A stretch of 64,000 bases of DNA from Stylophora pistillata (taxonomy: Eukaryota). The stretch is from contig NW_019217794.1 of NCBI RefSeq assembly GCF_002571385.2, positions 135,972 to 199,971 of the forward strand, given 5' to 3'. Under the pieces are notes generated by a model. The model did not search any database. It had not been told where the DNA came from and saw only the letters and a program-made list of their open reading frames with translations. The translations under genes and the position numbers were made by a program. Below, piece after piece: positions 60,801 through 64,000 of the stretch; position 1 is the stretch's first letter, and every line of letters begins with the position of its first letter.

Positions 60801-62621
60801 TTTCATTATCGATCAATTTAAAGCAGAGTTGAATCATATGCATTGTTTACCAAAGCCATTTTTAATAATAGCACTGAGTTTACTTTAAACATTTCTCGTA
60901 TGGAGGTTTTAACAGCTTATTTTTATCACTCTATCTCCCTAGCCGAAGTTGAAATACAAAGAGACAGCTAACCCTTTTGGAAGTTAGTAACAGTGTCCCC
61001 ATAGGATTGGCAATATTCAATCTGGTGATTTCAACGATCTTTGGACTTCGTCATTTTTTAGAGCATGTTTCCATTGATTTGTGCAAAATCAAAAGAAAAC
61101 TAATCAATGTTGTCGATAAACACAAAGGGTAACATTACTTGCAGAGCTCAAAGCCATTAACAGTGAGCGACTGAAAGCGCTAACAAATGTGGGTGACCAA
61201 TTTGCGATTAAAAAGACGACCAAAATGTGCAAGTTGTAGCATCAAAAACAAGGTATGACAAAGCAAAAGTAAAGTAGTTCCTTGCTACTGTGCAAGCTGA
61301 CTCAAAAATCTGCTCCAGAAATCAAATCACGGTTTAATTGTAGTTCAGGTCCAATGCGCTTAAAATCTCGCCGAGACAGCGTGATTGATTGATTGATTGA
61401 ATCGTGACTGATGATAAGATAGCCGAAGCTGTGTTATGCAATCACCCAGGGAAAATGCTGGACACAGAGTAGGGCTCAAACGTAATAAAGAAACGCCGTT
61501 TCGTTGTAACAGACCTGAAAGAAAGATAATCTACAATGCGTAAAGGTAATTTGAACTCAAAGAGCCCATGGATGAGAATGAATTTGACTTGAGAAACTAA
61601 TCTAGTTTTATTTGAGTGGTTTAGCTCCAAGTAACCAAGGGTTGAACCGTTCCGTTTTAAGTGACCAAGGTTGGATGGTTCCGCTCCAAGAAATTCCGGG
61701 ACTTTGAAAACGTGACCGATTTTAAGGTGCTGCCTGATTGATTAAGTTCGACTGTAATAACAATAATATGATAATGATGATATATTTTAAATAGAACCTC
61801 TAATTTTTTGACAAATAGACTAAAAATGCTCCAATTGTACTTCTCTATACATCGGGCATTAAAAACAAAACTGCCCTAACGGGCGATCTGATTTCTTTTT
61901 TTTTTTTTCCTCATGAAGTATCCGATCGGCGCGCGGTTGAAATTTTCAGATTTAAAAGCTAACGCCTCTCAATATTCTTCATCTTCTACCTCAGTTTCCT
62001 ATCCAAGACCTCAAGCACAGTTTTGCCCTGCACGGACCTCCCGGCTGGTGAATAAAATACAATATATTTTTTAATACACAAGGTGCGGTGCAATACAAGG
62101 ATTTCTAACCCTGAGAAAAAGTCGTAACGATAATGTTTCACGCGTATCGGATATCGCCACTCAGGTTTTGATACGTCACCCGCCTTTCGCACCATCCTGT
62201 CATGTTGCTGATTGCATAACAAAGCCTCTAAAGTAGTTTTCCGAAGTTTTCTCGGTTTGTGGCTGCTAAAACATTGATAAAAATATATAGCTCGCAGACA
62301 GTGACGTTCAAAATTTCTTAGAAAGAGAAAGAAAACCAAATACGAAAAGGTACGTACTCAATGGCTTTGGTAATGGCATTTCTCGTGGCTGAGAACGAAA
62401 ATCGACATCAGGAAGATTTGCCACCGGCCGATTTTGGCTGTGTACCTGAAACGATTTCTTCAGTCGGTGAGGAAAAACGTCAATGACTGAGAATTTTGTA
62501 AATTGAAAGTTAAGCCTATTGTTTGTTTGTGTAATGATTCAAGCATTTTTCTATCTTCAGCCTTATTTTTTTCCTTTGTCGAAAAAGTCGACTTTTCTTG
62601 CCAGTAGAGGACTCGTGTGTT

Positions 62622-62658
<37 letters not shown>

Positions 62659-63141
62659 TAAACGATACCTGGTTGCTTGTGTAATGTAGAATTTCTCTAC
62701 TCGTATTCAGATCAATATTTCACTCCTTCGCGGCAGTCACTCGTGAGCTATCGAATTGAACACTCGATGAGAAATTCCATATCTGCACGCACCCATCTAT
62801 TATTCTCTATTTATTATATGGCTGTGTCTCACAAGGACTGGGATCTACCGAATTAACGAATTTCATTGGCTGAGATCAATATTGAAAGCTGTCTAGATTT
62901 TCCCATANNNNNNNNNNNNNNNNNNNNNAGGAGACGGGACCTCCATTTATTCGTCCCTATCCGAGAAGACTAGAATATCTAACCATTTCTTGATGTTATA
63001 GAAAGGTAGCATATTCTTCTCAATTATTTTAAGACCTTGAGTGTTGGTCCGGCCGGGGCCTAGATCTAGACCGGTTCTAGAGAAAAAAAGGTACAAAGAA
63101 TATAAAAAACTGGCATATAACACACAGCCATATAATAAACA

Positions 63142-63278
63142 TCTTATTAACCGAGGTAGGTCGGTCTGTATGGGAGAATCTTGTCCTCGGTCGCTGTTAC
63201 AGGCCTCACTGCTTTCGGTCTGTACTGGCGACCTCGGTCGAGATTCTCCCATACAAACCTCCCGCTCGGTTAATAAGA
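63142..63278. repeat. Palindromic repeat (tcttattaaccgag...ctcggttaataaga)
   Basis: Imperfect hairpin, adjacent to an element bounded by ttattatatggctgtgt/acacagccatataataa (62811-63138). Confidence 0.75.
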
Positions 63279-63310
63279 ACTAATTAACGCATTTTGCAAT
63301 AACACAACTG

Positions 63311-63396
63311 CAACCTCGTTCTTAGGGTCTCTCATCTTCCTGGCCCCCTGCAGTGAGAGAGGTGCGGGAAGATGACAGAGCCTGAGAACGAGGTTG
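63311..63396. mobile_element. 86-bp MITE (CAACCTCGTTC TIR) with 9-bp TSD
   Basis: acacaactg|caacctcgttc...gaacgaggttg|acacaacta. The empty site acaccactg is present in the paralogous block near 40832. Confidence 0.9.
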
Positions 63397-64000
63397 ACAC
63401 AACTAAAATGTGCTATAAGTAAGCAGGTGAAGTCAGAGAAGTGGATCAGAATTCTACTGCAAAAGTGCACAATTCATGCAGACTGTTAAAGGGAATGGAG
63501 GGTCAGCAGTGAAAATATATTAGACAATACATTCTTGAGGGGGGCTGGTCTGGACTTTCTTTCTAATCTGTCGAGTTGACAAAAGTTGACAATGTAACGT
63601 CCGAAAAATGTCACGCATTTAAGTACCATAGTCACACCTTTCACCTGCTTTCCGCTTTCTTTACATTTACCACGACCCTGCTTTCAAAAAAGTGGTAGAA
63701 AACTCGAAAAGTGTTAATAGTCGCTTCACGTAATCTGTGATGTTCAACGCAACTGAGAGTGAAAATAATACATGTCTTTTTCGAGTTATTATATTTTGTG
63801 TTACACATTTTTCGTTAGAAAAGGCATTACATTTCGCGTTGAGAAGCTATTACATCTTACTTTTTAAAACACTTTGCGTGGATTATTGACTTTTGCATTG
63901 GTAAAGAATTTTGCGGCGCCTGTTGTTACTATTTAGGTAGGTTTTACATTTTGCGTTGTAACTCGATCTCGAGCCTGCTGTAGATTTGTCTTACACTAAC

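Larger units (their letters stand above)
59975..64000 (+). repeat. Segmental duplication copy 2 (paralogous to 37570-43470), runs off window end
   Basis: Colinear, diverged, with copy-specific insertions. Confidence 0.9.

Overview
Eukaryotic, AT-rich, intron-containing animal DNA. The proteins and repeat families suggest a stony coral (inference). Main content: (1) the 5' half of a Na+/K+-ATPase alpha-subunit gene on the minus strand, running off the left edge, with what look like two alternative first coding exons; (2) a complete 5-exon tektin gene (minus, 479 aa) carrying RFX X-boxes; (3) a frameshifted rhodopsin-family GPCR pseudogene interrupted by a TIR element; (4) a candidate 3-exon orphan gene or decayed gene at 28.6-32.1 kb; (5) a 6-coding-exon ABCC4/MRP4-like transporter (plus strand), intact except for one in-frame TAA in NBD1, lying between two diverged copies of a 4-6 kb block that suggests a tandem array; (6) many mobile-element remnants. 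These include a Penelope-type inverted repeat with two minimal hammerhead ribozyme motifs inside a Na/K-ATPase intron, an AcademH-like element with a RecQ-helicase fragment, an R4/Dong-like fragment in a TAA microsatellite, a Penelope GIY-YIG fragment, a BEL/Pao integrase fragment, a tRNA-derived SINE and several MITEs. Exon structures were read by hand from GT/AG sites and phase continuity. No database searches were run.
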